Source: a virus (lineage: Duplodnaviria > Caudoviricetes). Taken from it: 64,000 nt of DNA. Location: positions 2,149 through 66,148 of IMG/VR virus record IMGVR_UViG_3300020404_002009, one strand, 5' to 3'. A model generated the notes under the pieces. It was not told where the DNA came from. It was given only the letters and a program-made list of their open reading frames with translations, and did no database searches. The position numbers and the translations under genes were made by a program. Each line of letters begins with the position of its first letter. Within the stretch, counting starts at the first letter, position 1. Positions 54,859 to 64,000 of this stretch are shown here, one piece after another.

Positions 54859-56889
54859 TTATTGGTAAAATGCTAGGTTTTTGATACGATCTATTTGATT
54901 GTCGTATGCTTGTTCTTCTTCAGAAAAGAAATCTTCTAGTTGCATTCCAGCAAGTTCGATTGCGTCTTGTAGTGTGTATTCTTTGTCGCCAACTTTGAAT
55001 TTGTCGCCTTGTTTCATTCCAGCCGCTTTTGCTTTTCTTACAGCATGAGCGAATTCGTTACCCTCGTCTGTTTTGTCAACATATCCAGGTGCACCGGCTT
55101 TCATTCTTTTGTAAGCAACTGTTCCACCGTCCTTGTCCGCTTTTGTTACATTAAGTTTAACAGGATTTTCTTTGTCTTTTTTTTCTGACTCTGGTTCTGG
55201 TTTTGGTTCTTCTCTTAATTTTTTGTAATTTTGTTTTAGATACTCTTGAGCCGCTTCCATGTCATTGCTTTTGAATGCTGATTTACTATCTTTATCTAAG
55301 ACATCGTAAACCATTTTACCATCTTCACCTTTGTACATACTCACATAAGGTTTGATAGTTGCTTCGCCTACATTGTCTACCCAACTCTCAAATGCTTCTT
55401 GTTCTTTTGCTTTGCCTTTAAGATCTTTCTTAGGTGCAAATTCACCAGGATCTTTTCTTACTTCGTCTTTGAATGCTGGATCTTTCTGCATTTTTTTGTA
55501 GTCGTCGATGTATCTTTTTGCTAATTGTACAGCAATTTTTTTGTTTTTGATGTAGTCCGGTGTTGGTTTGAATGTTGCTGAATTTTCCTGCTCCATTTCG
55601 TCTGCTACTCTTGAAGCAAAGTTTGCCAACCTGTCCTCTTCACCTGATTTAGTTAAAAGTCTTGATGCTATATCAGAAAGTATAGAACTTAACATCGTAT
55701 TTTTGTTTGTAAATTTTGTGTTCTGTAACATTTTGTCTGCAGAGTCGTCTTTTCTTAAAATAAGTTTGCTATCTGGATCTGTTAGGAAAGACTGTACTAT
55801 TGCTCCATGATCAACAGGTGGCTGTATAGGTGCATCGATTGGTTCTGCATCTGGCTCAAGTTCGTTGATTGGTTCTTCTTTAGGTGCATTTTCTAATTCT
55901 GCCATTACCCTACTAATAAGTGGAAAAGCATCTTCAACTCTGCTGTCTAAATTTGTTTGTGTGAATTTTTCTCTTAATTTGTTTACAGTTTCATCGTCTA
56001 GTACTTGATCTTCTGCTTTCTTGTAACTCTTGCAACTAGATTCGTAGTGTCCTTGTTTAGAAAGATTTCTCATGTATTCTCTTAAATTTTCTAGTTGTAA
56101 TTTTGTATTTTCAATAATATCGCCTGCATTATCATTTAATTGATCTTTGTTGCTAACATATCTTTGAAATGAATTTAATTTTGCTATGTCTTCTGAAGTT
56201 TTAATAATGTGTTCCCCAAACTCGTCATGTGGTCTTCCACCGTTTGCAACGTGTCTCATCATTGCTCTTGCACCTGCTAGGTGTGTCATTGGATACTTGA
56301 ATCTTTCACCGTCTTCGTTCTCAATGTATAATGATTGTATCTGTCTTGATCTTGCTCCTGGCACAGTCTCGTCAACTTTGCCTTTGTGTCTGATTATCAA
56401 TTTTGTTTTGTCTAGATTTTCGTATGAACGTTTGGCAGTGCCTGTCAGGCCTTCATTAACGCCTGCTAATTTTGTAATTCTTGCTAATTCTTCTGACATT
56501 TCATCAGTATTTACCGTTTTGTTCGTATCTGCAAGATTTTCATAATCCTGCTTCGTTAGGTTGTTTTTTGTGATATCTCTAACATCAAATCCTAATTGAT
56601 GCTCCACAGCAAAGTCTTTGAGCTCTTTTAAGAATGCGTACCACTCGTCTCTGCTGTCCTCGTCTATTTTACTAACAAGATCTCTATTATAATACACTTT
56701 CATGTGTTCGCCGTCTGCAAGACTAATGCTTACAGCACCAAAAGTATCAGCATCTTCTCTGAATTCAAATTCAAAAAATACTGCACTGTTTGGATCAGCG
56801 GTAGCGGCGCCATTTTCGTCGCCTAAACGTATGTTTGCAAACTGTGATCTAATTTTGTTGAATAGGTCTACTGAGTTTTTTGGATTCAT
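54859..56889 (-). CDS. Hypothetical late protein (probably head-associated)
   Basis: 676 aa, Glu/Lys rich; TAAATA 6 nt before ATG; next to terminase. Confidence 0.7.
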   Translation of the reverse strand: MNPKNSVDLFNKIRSQFANIRLGDENGAATADPNSAVFFEFEFREDADTFGAVSISLADGEHMKVYYNRDLVSKIDEDSRDEWYAFLKELKDFAVEHQLGFDVRDITKNNLTKQDYENLADTNKTVNTDEMSEELARITKLAGVNEGLTGTAKRSYENLDKTKLIIRHKGKVDETVPGARSRQIQSLYIENEDGERFKYPMTHLAGARAMMRHVANGGRPHDEFGEHIIKTSEDIAKLNSFQRYVSNKDQLNDNAGDIIENTKLQLENLREYMRNLSKQGHYESSCKSYKKAEDQVLDDETVNKLREKFTQTNLDSRVEDAFPLISRVMAELENAPKEEPINELEPDAEPIDAPIQPPVDHGAIVQSFLTDPDSKLILRKDDSADKMLQNTKFTNKNTMLSSILSDIASRLLTKSGEEDRLANFASRVADEMEQENSATFKPTPDYIKNKKIAVQLAKRYIDDYKKMQKDPAFKDEVRKDPGEFAPKKDLKGKAKEQEAFESWVDNVGEATIKPYVSMYKGEDGKMVYDVLDKDSKSAFKSNDMEAAQEYLKQNYKKLREEPKPEPESEKKDKENPVKLNVTKADKDGGTVAYKRMKAGAPGYVDKTDEGNEFAHAVRKAKAAGMKQGDKFKVGDKEYTLQDAIELAGMQLEDFFSEEEQAYDNQIDRIKNLAFYQ

Positions 56890-56901
56890 ATAGCGTATTT
56901 A

Positions 56902-58494
56902 TTATCCTGTGAACGATCCAAATATAGGCATTGGCGTAACTTCGCTGGTTCTGTCTGTCCACTTTTCGAATATTTTAGGGTCAAAATCGGCCAAGACCTT
57001 CATCATACGAGTCATTAATAAACAAGCACTTACAAGGTCATCATGCTGTCCTGGTTTTGCTTTGTAACTTAACCCCGACGCAACAAAGTCCTTCATTTCT
57101 GATATCAGCAGTTGAGAGTTTATTTTCATTTTGCCACCTTCGACAAGTTCCTTAAATTTTGTACAGGCGTCAATCTTATGTTTGGCTGTGGTATTGAATC
57201 CTCTTCTGAATTTCCTCCTGTGTCCTTTACGTATCGGTTCACTTAAGAACATTCCCATTATATTTTCTTCCCCAATATCCATCACACGCATAAGTGCGGC
57301 TTCACCTATTGTATTGTTTTCCATGCTGTAGAAAATTTGTGGTGTTGCACTGGCATCTTTCTCCATAATTGTATCATGAATATGTTTGTTGATGCCTTGC
57401 AAGATTCTTACTTGTTGATTCATTGGAGTCATATTGTGATGCCATTCACCTATTTGTTCAAATGTAGGCAGTTCAAATATTTGTATAGCGGCAAAATCTC
57501 CTCCTGTACCCATACTAGGATCCAAAGAAACCATATATGTGTGTCCTGGAGTTGGTCTCTTAAACCAACGTACCTGTCCTGTTGTCTCCACAGGTGTTGT
57601 TCCTTCCATATCTGCTAAAGTTAAACTGCTGATTAAAGTTTCGTCAAAAATTAAGAATTCACACTCGTGTTCCCTACGGAATCTTTCTTCACCAATTCTG
57701 GCTCGTTCTGCATCTGCCCAGGCTTCGTCTCTATCCGGGTGTTCAGACCAGTGAGCCTTCATGGCATAAAAGCCATTTGTTCCGGTTATCTTATCATTTC
57801 CATATTCGTCAAATCTCTTGTTTGCTTCTTTCCAAATCATAGCGAACTGATCTTCGTCACTATTAGGTGTTGATGTAATCATACATTTACCACCTGTACT
57901 CAAAGTTGGAGATAGTGATGTCCAAAATTCTTTGGCTTTTTCTGGTGGTTGCACGAAAGCAAACTCATCACAGTAAATCAATGTTAGTGACATACCCCTA
58001 CCTGTGTTTTCTGTAGTAGTAGTCGCCATTATTTTTGATCCATTATCAAATTCTATAGAGTTTCTGTTATATTGGTTTACCCCTGCCTTGATCCATGAAG
58101 GCAACATCTCATATGCATAACGCACCCTTGACATGATATCTGATGCACCAGCATATTTGTGCGCCGCTATTAAGATCTGTGAGTCGGGTCTAAACATTGC
58201 ATACCAAATAAGGTAACCGGATGCACATGTGGTCTTACCTGTTTGCCTTGGTAACATAGCAATGCTAAATCTATGATTGTTGTAACTTTCTATCAATCTT
58301 TCTTGATAAGGAAAGGGTTGAAAGGCCATTTCGCCTTTTGTAGGATGTTGAATTTTCATGAATTTTTTCATGAAATATATTGGGCCGGTGTTAGGGTCCA
58401 TGCACTTTTCTAATTGTTCTACCTGTTCCTTAGAATATTTGTGCTTCTTATTGGCCTTTTTTATTTGGTCTGAATCTAAACTTACGTATGCCAT
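56902..58494 (-). CDS. terL: Terminase large subunit (T4 gp17-like)
   Basis: FPYQ, PRQTGKT, CDEFAF, ITSTPN, LDPSMGTGGD and HDDLV motifs. Confidence 0.95.
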   Translation of the reverse strand: MAYVSLDSDQIKKANKKHKYSKEQVEQLEKCMDPNTGPIYFMKKFMKIQHPTKGEMAFQPFPYQERLIESYNNHRFSIAMLPRQTGKTTCASGYLIWYAMFRPDSQILIAAHKYAGASDIMSRVRYAYEMLPSWIKAGVNQYNRNSIEFDNGSKIMATTTTENTGRGMSLTLIYCDEFAFVQPPEKAKEFWTSLSPTLSTGGKCMITSTPNSDEDQFAMIWKEANKRFDEYGNDKITGTNGFYAMKAHWSEHPDRDEAWADAERARIGEERFRREHECEFLIFDETLISSLTLADMEGTTPVETTGQVRWFKRPTPGHTYMVSLDPSMGTGGDFAAIQIFELPTFEQIGEWHHNMTPMNQQVRILQGINKHIHDTIMEKDASATPQIFYSMENNTIGEAALMRVMDIGEENIMGMFLSEPIRKGHRRKFRRGFNTTAKHKIDACTKFKELVEGGKMKINSQLLISEMKDFVASGLSYKAKPGQHDDLVSACLLMTRMMKVLADFDPKIFEKWTDRTSEVTPMPIFGSFTG

Positions 58495-58535
58495 AACGTA
58501 GTATTTAATACCTTAAAGTGTGGAGGAAAACTAAC

Positions 58536-59366
58536 TTATTTTTTCTCTTTGGCTTCTTTGTCTTTTGCGGCCTTTTTCATTGGTTCAGTTTTGTTACCGT
58601 CCTTATCTAGGTCGATGTAGTCTGGTTTTGCCGCTTCTTGGTAAGCCTTTTTGAAATTGTCGTATTGTTCTCTCAGGCTATTTGCTAAACTTTCTTGAGT
58701 AATAGTGTCTTCCACTGCTAATGGATTGTCGCCCGGATATTCTTTTTTGTATTGAATTTTTTGTCTATTAGCACCGCCCGAATGCACATTTACTAAAGTG
58801 TCCACATCCGAAGTTTTTTCATCCGGTGTGTTTGCAAATGTTTCTTCTGCTTTTTCTTCTTCTGGTGCAGTCATCATGTCTCTCATTTTACCCATTTGCA
58901 TACTGCCCATTGCATCATCGCCCGGTACGTCCATTTTCTTATTCATGGCACCTGGATCCATCTCAGGTTTGTCCATACCCATCATGTCTGGTGTCACTTG
59001 TTCTACACCTGCCAATTTTAAAATCTGCATCATCATTGATGCTTCTTGTGGAGTATCTGCTTGGATTTTGATATCTTCTTTTACAGTTTCTTTTTTCATC
59101 ATTTTTCCTTCTCCTGCCGCAATGCCGTCTTCGTCGTCTTCTTCGCCATTTATTGCATTGTAAAAACCTCTTAGGCTTTCACCGTGTTTCTTTAAAAATT
59201 CTTCTCTTGAAAGTTTTTCTGCTTCACCATGTAAATAATCTTTCATTCCGCCCTCACTAACCTGTTTAGGATTTGTCTTCTCTACATTTTCAACAGCGTC
59301 TTTAACTAACTCTGGTTTAGTCTCTGCAATCTCTTGTAATCTTTTTAATACGTCGATCATTTCCAT
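58536..59366 (-). CDS. Acidic low-complexity protein (scaffold/prohead core-like)
   Basis: E/K/M-rich; ILKLAG; C-terminal DYIDLDKDGNKTE. Confidence 0.6.
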   Translation of the reverse strand: MEMIDVLKRLQEIAETKPELVKDAVENVEKTNPKQVSEGGMKDYLHGEAEKLSREEFLKKHGESLRGFYNAINGEEDDEDGIAAGEGKMMKKETVKEDIKIQADTPQEASMMMQILKLAGVEQVTPDMMGMDKPEMDPGAMNKKMDVPGDDAMGSMQMGKMRDMMTAPEEEKAEETFANTPDEKTSDVDTLVNVHSGGANRQKIQYKKEYPGDNPLAVEDTITQESLANSLREQYDNFKKAYQEAAKPDYIDLDKDGNKTEPMKKAAKDKEAKEKK

Positions 59367-59368
59367 AA

Positions 59369-59989
59369 TTATTTTGCTCCTGCTGGGTGTGGGTTTCCTT
59401 TTATTGGACCATCGTGTCCTTTAATTGGTGAAGGACTTGCTTTTTCTTCTTTACTCTGTGCTTCTTGAGTTTTGTTATCAGACCCTTTTTCGATCTCGTA
59501 TCTATTGTCTTTGTCTTTCAATAATTCTTTTAACAAACTCATGTTTGCCTGTGTTGAATGAAAATCTTCTGCGTTTACTTTTGGAGAATCTTTCATTTCA
59601 ATGTCTAATAATTTATTTTGGTATTCTGAATTCTTTGCAACCTGCATCTGGTCTTGGTATTCCTCAGTTGGCTCACCTGGCTTTCTAACAACGATATGTG
59701 TTTGTGGCAAGTTCATGTACACGCCTAGGTACTCTTTTAGTTCTCTGACAGACACCGGATAGTTTGTAGTCACATCATAGATGGTTACTTCTTCGTTGCT
59801 TAACTGCGGAAAATCTAAAGGCTGTGTCATAATAGGCGTTTTCTTACCTGCTGACATTTTTGCTACTTCAAACTTTTGTAAAGCAGTTTCCATTTTGTTT
59901 GCAAAGTCATCTGCAATTGGTCCTGCTACCTTTATTTTGTAGTCATACGACTTTGTTGATTCTGTAAGGTATTGTGAAAACGTGCTCAT
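59369..59989 (-). CDS. Hypothetical head-associated protein
   Basis: MSTFSQYLTE N-terminus resembles T4-like prohead-targeting motif; TAAATA upstream. Confidence 0.65.
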   Translation of the reverse strand: MSTFSQYLTESTKSYDYKIKVAGPIADDFANKMETALQKFEVAKMSAGKKTPIMTQPLDFPQLSNEEVTIYDVTTNYPVSVRELKEYLGVYMNLPQTHIVVRKPGEPTEEYQDQMQVAKNSEYQNKLLDIEMKDSPKVNAEDFHSTQANMSLLKELLKDKDNRYEIEKGSDNKTQEAQSKEEKASPSPIKGHDGPIKGNPHPAGAK

Positions 59990-59998
59990 ATGCAATAT

Positions 59999-60520
59999 TT
60001 AGTCTTTTTTAAGTAGTTTCTTCATTAATTCATTACGATCAGATATTACAAAACCCTCAGATTCCTGTACTGCTGGGCCGTCTTTGTTTCCTTGGTCTAT
60101 CTTCTGCTTTTTAAGTTGTAATTCTATCATTTTGAGTTTTTTGTCTATTTTGCCGCTTTTAGCATCTATGGCGTTTCTAAGGAAATTACCCGCTACTTCA
60201 AAAATTCTGCCCGAATAACGTGAGTCTACATTCATTCCCAAGTCCATCAAGTTCTTGTAACTCTCTTCTGCTTCTATGGCCAACTTGTCCAACTCAAGAT
60301 CCGACAATTCGCCCAATCCTTTAACCTGAGGAAGTGCGGCCGCTACTTTGTCAAATTCAGCATAACTTTTCTCTAAATTTTTCCTTGTTTCTGGATCAAC
60401 ATTTTTCATTACTTCTTTTGTTTGATCTTTGTTTGCTTTGGCTTGTTCTTTTTTATCCACCTCTTTGAACGCTTCTTTTACGTTTGGTAAATTAAGAATA
60501 TCTTCTAACTTTTTTGTCAT
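59999..60520 (-). CDS. Hypothetical, possible terminase small subunit
   Basis: Helical/coiled-coil with SDRNELMK C-terminus; near terL; TAAATA upstream. Confidence 0.45.
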   Translation of the reverse strand: MTKKLEDILNLPNVKEAFKEVDKKEQAKANKDQTKEVMKNVDPETRKNLEKSYAEFDKVAAALPQVKGLGELSDLELDKLAIEAEESYKNLMDLGMNVDSRYSGRIFEVAGNFLRNAIDAKSGKIDKKLKMIELQLKKQKIDQGNKDGPAVQESEGFVISDRNELMKKLLKKD

Positions 60521-60528
60521 GCCTATAT

Positions 60529-60969
60529 TTACTTACGTTTGCCGTTGTGGAATAACTGCTCTTCTGATACGACACGGAATCCTATCCTTCTTTGCTTGGC
60601 ATACGAACTAGCGGCCTCCCATTTGGCCTGATTAATTATTACCTGCTTCCTTTTACCCATACTCCTGCCGGCCTTTTCCATTGTGGTTTGAGCCATTGGT
60701 TTGACTTCAATCATCTCTGCATGTTTCTTCCCGTTCTTGTCCATGTAGATGATAAAAAAATCAGGAACGTACACAGTGTATTTGCCAGTCAATGGATGCC
60801 TGTAAGGTATCTTGATTGATTCTGAGGCCCATTGATACACGCTTGGGTGTTCGTCACACAATCTCATAAACGCATGTTCCCAACTAGATCTGTAAGTTGG
60901 TGTTCTTGTACCAACATATTTTTCTTTGTTCTTTGGGGAGAACTTACCGCGTGCAAATCTAGGAAGCAT
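60529..60969 (-). CDS. Head completion nuclease (T4 gp4/TnsA-like)
   Basis: PKNKEKYVG, YRSSWE, WASE, YVPDF, IEVKP and NQAKWEAA motifs. Confidence 0.88.
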   Translation of the reverse strand: MLPRFARGKFSPKNKEKYVGTRTPTYRSSWEHAFMRLCDEHPSVYQWASESIKIPYRHPLTGKYTVYVPDFFIIYMDKNGKKHAEMIEVKPMAQTTMEKAGRSMGKRKQVIINQAKWEAASSYAKQRRIGFRVVSEEQLFHNGKRK

Positions 60970-61346
60970 TAGTCTATTATGTTTCTAGATACTGTTTCTG
61001 TAGTGGTAAGTGTTTGTCTAACACCCAGTCTACTTGATTTGTATCTGTTGGCGTTTAGAATTATTGTTATTATTTCTGAAAGTTGTGCATCATCGACTAC
61101 GGCAAGTTTATCTAATATTTCCCTTGCAGAAATGTTATCAATTTTTGCCTGTGACAATATTACATATGCAGTAGATTCAGCAGATGCTCTTTTAAATCCT
61201 CTGTTTACAAAGAAAGCAATAGTGCTGTCATACTCTCCAACATTAAATTGGTATTCTGTTTCGTAATTGTTCGTCGTTAATTTGTCAATTGTTTTCTGTA
61301 AATCGTCTTTTTCTTTTGGTGGTAAGTTTGTGTAAAAGTCAGCCAT
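60969..61346 (-). CDS. Hypothetical protein in tail module
   Basis: Translationally coupled ORF. Confidence 0.7.
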   Translation of the reverse strand: MADFYTNLPPKEKDDLQKTIDKLTTNNYETEYQFNVGEYDSTIAFFVNRGFKRASAESTAYVILSQAKIDNISAREILDKLAVVDDAQLSEIITIILNANRYKSSRLGVRQTLTTTETVSRNIID

Positions 61347-62734
61347 TATAATCCTACTTTCTCTGTTGCAATGCTTACGTCGTTAGTGTTTCTTTCAATT
61401 TTTAGATATCCTTCTGTAACTAGTTTCCGTACATCCGTAATTGCTTTGTTTCTATAAACAGTCTTTGTTGTTGCTGTGCTGTTTGTGTATTGCACATCTG
61501 ACTCTGCAACTGTTAGGTTGTTTCTTGAGCCAATATCTTTGTAGTATATGCCAGACGCAATTTCATCTTTAAGAGTTTCGTCATTATTAATTAGATTAAA
61601 AGATTCGTCCGGAGTAAGGTAGTTTGTGTAATCCTGATTTGCATTTGTGATTACTCTTAAATTGTTTTTGTTATTGTTATCATTTGTGCCTTTTGCTGTG
61701 GCAATTATTGCTCCGGCGGCTACTGCGGCTCCAACATTAAATCCACCTACAGGATTAGTAATTGTACCGGCCTCTTTTGCGACTTCTAAAACTCCTTTTT
61801 TTGCTATGCCTTTCAATTCTTCTTTTGCATCTTTCTTTTTAATCTTTTTAGCATTGTTATAAGTGTTAGTTGCGGCTAGAATTGCTCCTAAAATATTGCC
61901 TTCTTGATAGTTTCTAATCACAGAACCTACTCCGTCAATTACACCACCTGGACCGAATATGCTATTTGTTCCTCCACCTAGCACCGTAAGTGGACTTGGC
62001 TCTTTGTCGTAGTTGATTGTAGCAAATCCAGGTACCGAATTCCTATTAATAACACCCGATTTATAGATTACAGTTTCATAGAGTATTTGCATGGCGTTGG
62101 ACATTATGCCTGCACCATCTGCCTGATCCACGCCGTCGTGGCTGAAAGATCCTATAACTGGATTTACAAGTGTCATTGATGTAAATCTTTGCTTGTGAAG
62201 TACAAAAATTTCTATGCCTTTAAGATATGGTTTTTTACGCACTTTAGGTGTATCCATACCAAACTTTGTAATGCTTTTCTGTTCAATGCCATCATATGCA
62301 TCGTCTTTGGTTGCGGCTATTTGCAGATCGGAGTTCATAGACACAGAGTCTGCAATGTTATATTCGTAATATTTTTTCCAGAAAGCGTTCACGGTATCTG
62401 CGTGATCGTCGTGGAAGTTTATGTTGACAGGCTCGTATGCTATCCTGGTTGCCGCATACATCTTCTTGTTGTACTGTGTTTTTTCTTCCATGCTCATGTT
62501 GTACCTAGGTAGGTCACAACTTTTTACTAACATGTTCAATTGGTATCTTTCGTTTTGATTGAATCCGTTGTAAAACAAAGTTTCGTCGGTGTTGAAAACC
62601 ACATGAAACAGAAACTTCTGCTTTGGCATCAGTTTGTAATTGTCGTCTATATACAATCTAGATGCGTGTCGGTAGTCTTTCATACCCGGCAGTCCGTCCT
62701 GGAAACCTTTTAGAAAATTGTTAATGCTTGGCAT
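61346..62734 (-). CDS. Tail tube-fold baseplate/tube initiator-like protein
   Basis: PKQKFLFHV, VKSCDLP and YEPVNINFHDD parallel the tail tube motifs; start MPSIN after ATAAATA. Confidence 0.6.
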   Translation of the reverse strand: MPSINNFLKGFQDGLPGMKDYRHASRLYIDDNYKLMPKQKFLFHVVFNTDETLFYNGFNQNERYQLNMLVKSCDLPRYNMSMEEKTQYNKKMYAATRIAYEPVNINFHDDHADTVNAFWKKYYEYNIADSVSMNSDLQIAATKDDAYDGIEQKSITKFGMDTPKVRKKPYLKGIEIFVLHKQRFTSMTLVNPVIGSFSHDGVDQADGAGIMSNAMQILYETVIYKSGVINRNSVPGFATINYDKEPSPLTVLGGGTNSIFGPGGVIDGVGSVIRNYQEGNILGAILAATNTYNNAKKIKKKDAKEELKGIAKKGVLEVAKEAGTITNPVGGFNVGAAVAAGAIIATAKGTNDNNNKNNLRVITNANQDYTNYLTPDESFNLINNDETLKDEIASGIYYKDIGSRNNLTVAESDVQYTNSTATTKTVYRNKAITDVRKLVTEGYLKIERNTNDVSIATEKVGL

Positions 62735-62752
62735 ATGGATATTTATGGCCAC

Positions 62753-62779
62753 AAAAAAAGCGCCATATAAAGGCGCTTT
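62753..62779 (-). terminator. Intrinsic terminator after tail tube gene
   Basis: AAAGCGCC-loop-GGCGCTTT with T7 run on the minus strand. Confidence 0.8.
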
Positions 62780-62809
62780 GATTGTTTATAATTGCTAACT
62801 TAATTCTTA

Positions 62810-63430
62810 TTAACCACCTGTACTTAACGTACCGATAGTTCTTGCAACTGCTGTACCAATTCCTGTTCCTGTCGGAGTTTGGATTGCGTTGTCATATCTA
62901 ACTGACATTGTGATTGTTGCTGGATCTGAAGTTGCGTATGCTAGTGTGTTGTAGTTTACGTTTTCAACATATGCACCGTATAATTCAAATGTTTCTAATA
63001 CATTTGGTGCACTTGCTCCGTTACCACCATCTAACATTTCAATTCTTGTTGTGAATTTGTAGTCAATACCAGATGCCGCACTTGACTGTTCGAAGAAGTC
63101 AAACTGTTTCTGGATCTGCTCACCAACTAGTTTAGTTACTGAGTTGTTCACGTCATCTCTCAATGTAATTGTAATTGGATCCCAAGTGTGTTTACCTGCA
63201 ACATATACTTTAGAGTTGTAAACATCTAATGTAACGTTGTCAAAAGTCAAGTTAGGTCTTGTTATGTCGATAACTTGTTTTGTTAGTTCTGATCTTGGTG
63301 TTGATACTCCAAAATTTTCCAGTATTGCTCTAAAACGATATTGTAGTTTTGGCATCAATAAGCCTTGTGATGCTGAACTTTGATCGTTTGCTAAAGGTAC
63401 TGTAAATTTTGATAAAGTTGATATTGCCAT
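62810..63430 (-). CDS. Tail tube protein (gp19-like)
   Basis: PKLQYRFR, AGKHTWDPITITLRDD and YDNA motifs; follows sheath; ATAAATAGGAG upstream. Confidence 0.82.
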   Translation of the reverse strand: MAISTLSKFTVPLANDQSSASQGLLMPKLQYRFRAILENFGVSTPRSELTKQVIDITRPNLTFDNVTLDVYNSKVYVAGKHTWDPITITLRDDVNNSVTKLVGEQIQKQFDFFEQSSAASGIDYKFTTRIEMLDGGNGASAPNVLETFELYGAYVENVNYNTLAYATSDPATITMSVRYDNAIQTPTGTGIGTAVARTIGTLSTGG

Positions 63431-63453
63431 CTGTTTCTCCTATTTATTCAAAA

Positions 63454-64000
63454 TTAGTTCCCTAACTTTGCAATTTCTCCTGTGTTTTTGATTCTTAATG
63501 GTATGTAGATAAATTCAACTGATTTAACTGGCTCAATTGCTATATCAACATACAATTCGTTTCTGTCGATCCTTGTAGGTGTGTTGTTAGTGTCATCACA
63601 AACTACTAAGAAGTCAAACAATGCTCTTTGTCCAACCAACTCTAACAAGAATGATTCAACTGCTTGTTTTATTTCATTTCTTGTTAGCTCATCATTAGGT
63701 TCGAATATGAACGGTTTCGCAATTGAGTCTAGTTGTGTTCTTAAGAACACTGCCAATCTTGAAACGTTTATTCTGTCTAATGCCGAACTTGCCGAGGTCT
63801 TAGTTAAGTTACCAAAGTTAACTATCCCTGCCCCTGCAAAGAAAGTAATTGGGTTGATTTTAACTTCGTGCATTGAATCTCTCACTGACTCCGTTACAGA
63901 TATTGCTTCGAATTCTCCTGAACTTGAATCAATGTAACCAACTGATGTTGCGTTGTCGACCACACCTCTTCTAGTTCCTGATGGTGCAAACCATGGGAAA
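63454..64000 (-). CDS. Tail sheath protein (gp18-like), C-terminal part; truncated by window edge
   Basis: PWFAPSG..RG, INPI, LDRINVSRL, FEPND, VVCDDTNNTP and EPVKSVEFIYI motifs. Confidence 0.95.
   Translation of the reverse strand, partial: FPWFAPSGTRRGVVDNATSVGYIDSSSGEFEAISVTESVRDSMHEVKINPITFFAGAGIVNFGNLTKTSASSALDRINVSRLAVFLRTQLDSIAKPFIFEPNDELTRNEIKQAVESFLLELVGQRALFDFLVVCDDTNNTPTRIDRNELYVDIAIEPVKSVEFIYIPLRIKNTGEIAKLGN

Noticed and set aside
60529-60969. TnsA transposase indicating a Tn7-like element
   Set aside because: Motifs and context match the T4 gp4 head-completion nuclease; no tnsB/tnsC or transposon ends.
598-63937. Numerous antisense or nested ORFs in the track (e.g. 598-1062, 2501-2950, 17174-17701, 25224-25688, 63581-63937)
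   Set aside because: They overlap well-supported genes on the other strand or frame and show no recognisable motifs or start signals.
1-64000. Stop-codon reassignment or a cellular origin for the window
   Set aside because: Genes are intact and tightly packed under the standard code with all three stops used. The metabolic genes share phage promoter motifs and the same k-mer avoidance as the virion genes.

Overview
This window is part of a large, AT-rich, T4-like myovirus genome, probably jumbo-sized. Core phage genes lie mostly on the minus strand: tail sheath and tube, head-completion nuclease, large terminase, gp32 SSB, UvsX/UvsY/UvsW, primase, replicative helicase and a clamp-loader-like subunit. 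There are also two family-C (DnaE-like) polymerase homologues and an endonuclease III. Accessory regions: (i) 1-9.7 kb, ClpP plus a twice-repeated cassette of PP-loop ATPase, TctA, TctC and a tailoring enzyme, with a ~190-nt structured non-coding element inside the second copy; (ii) 9.7-12.3 kb, small membrane proteins and lipoproteins, a TTGTAAA repeat array and four tRNAs including an unusual Arg(GCG); (iii) 12.6-21.4 kb, a radical-SAM/sulfotransferase/SGNH/SDR/oxygenase cluster, a small outer-membrane beta-barrel candidate and a nucleotidyltransferase-HAD-PNP-GT2 operon; (iv) 33.6-51.9 kb, a large glycan synthesis and decoration island. Across the window many genes start 4-9 nt after a TAAATA late-promoter motif or a sigma70 -10 box, which suggests leaderless mRNAs, and AGCT and GCWGC appear strongly avoided. 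A Gram-negative host is inferred from the lipoproteins, periplasmic binding proteins and OMP. A marine SAR11-like alphaproteobacterium is a plausible but unverified guess. All calls come from reading motifs by eye; no searches were run.
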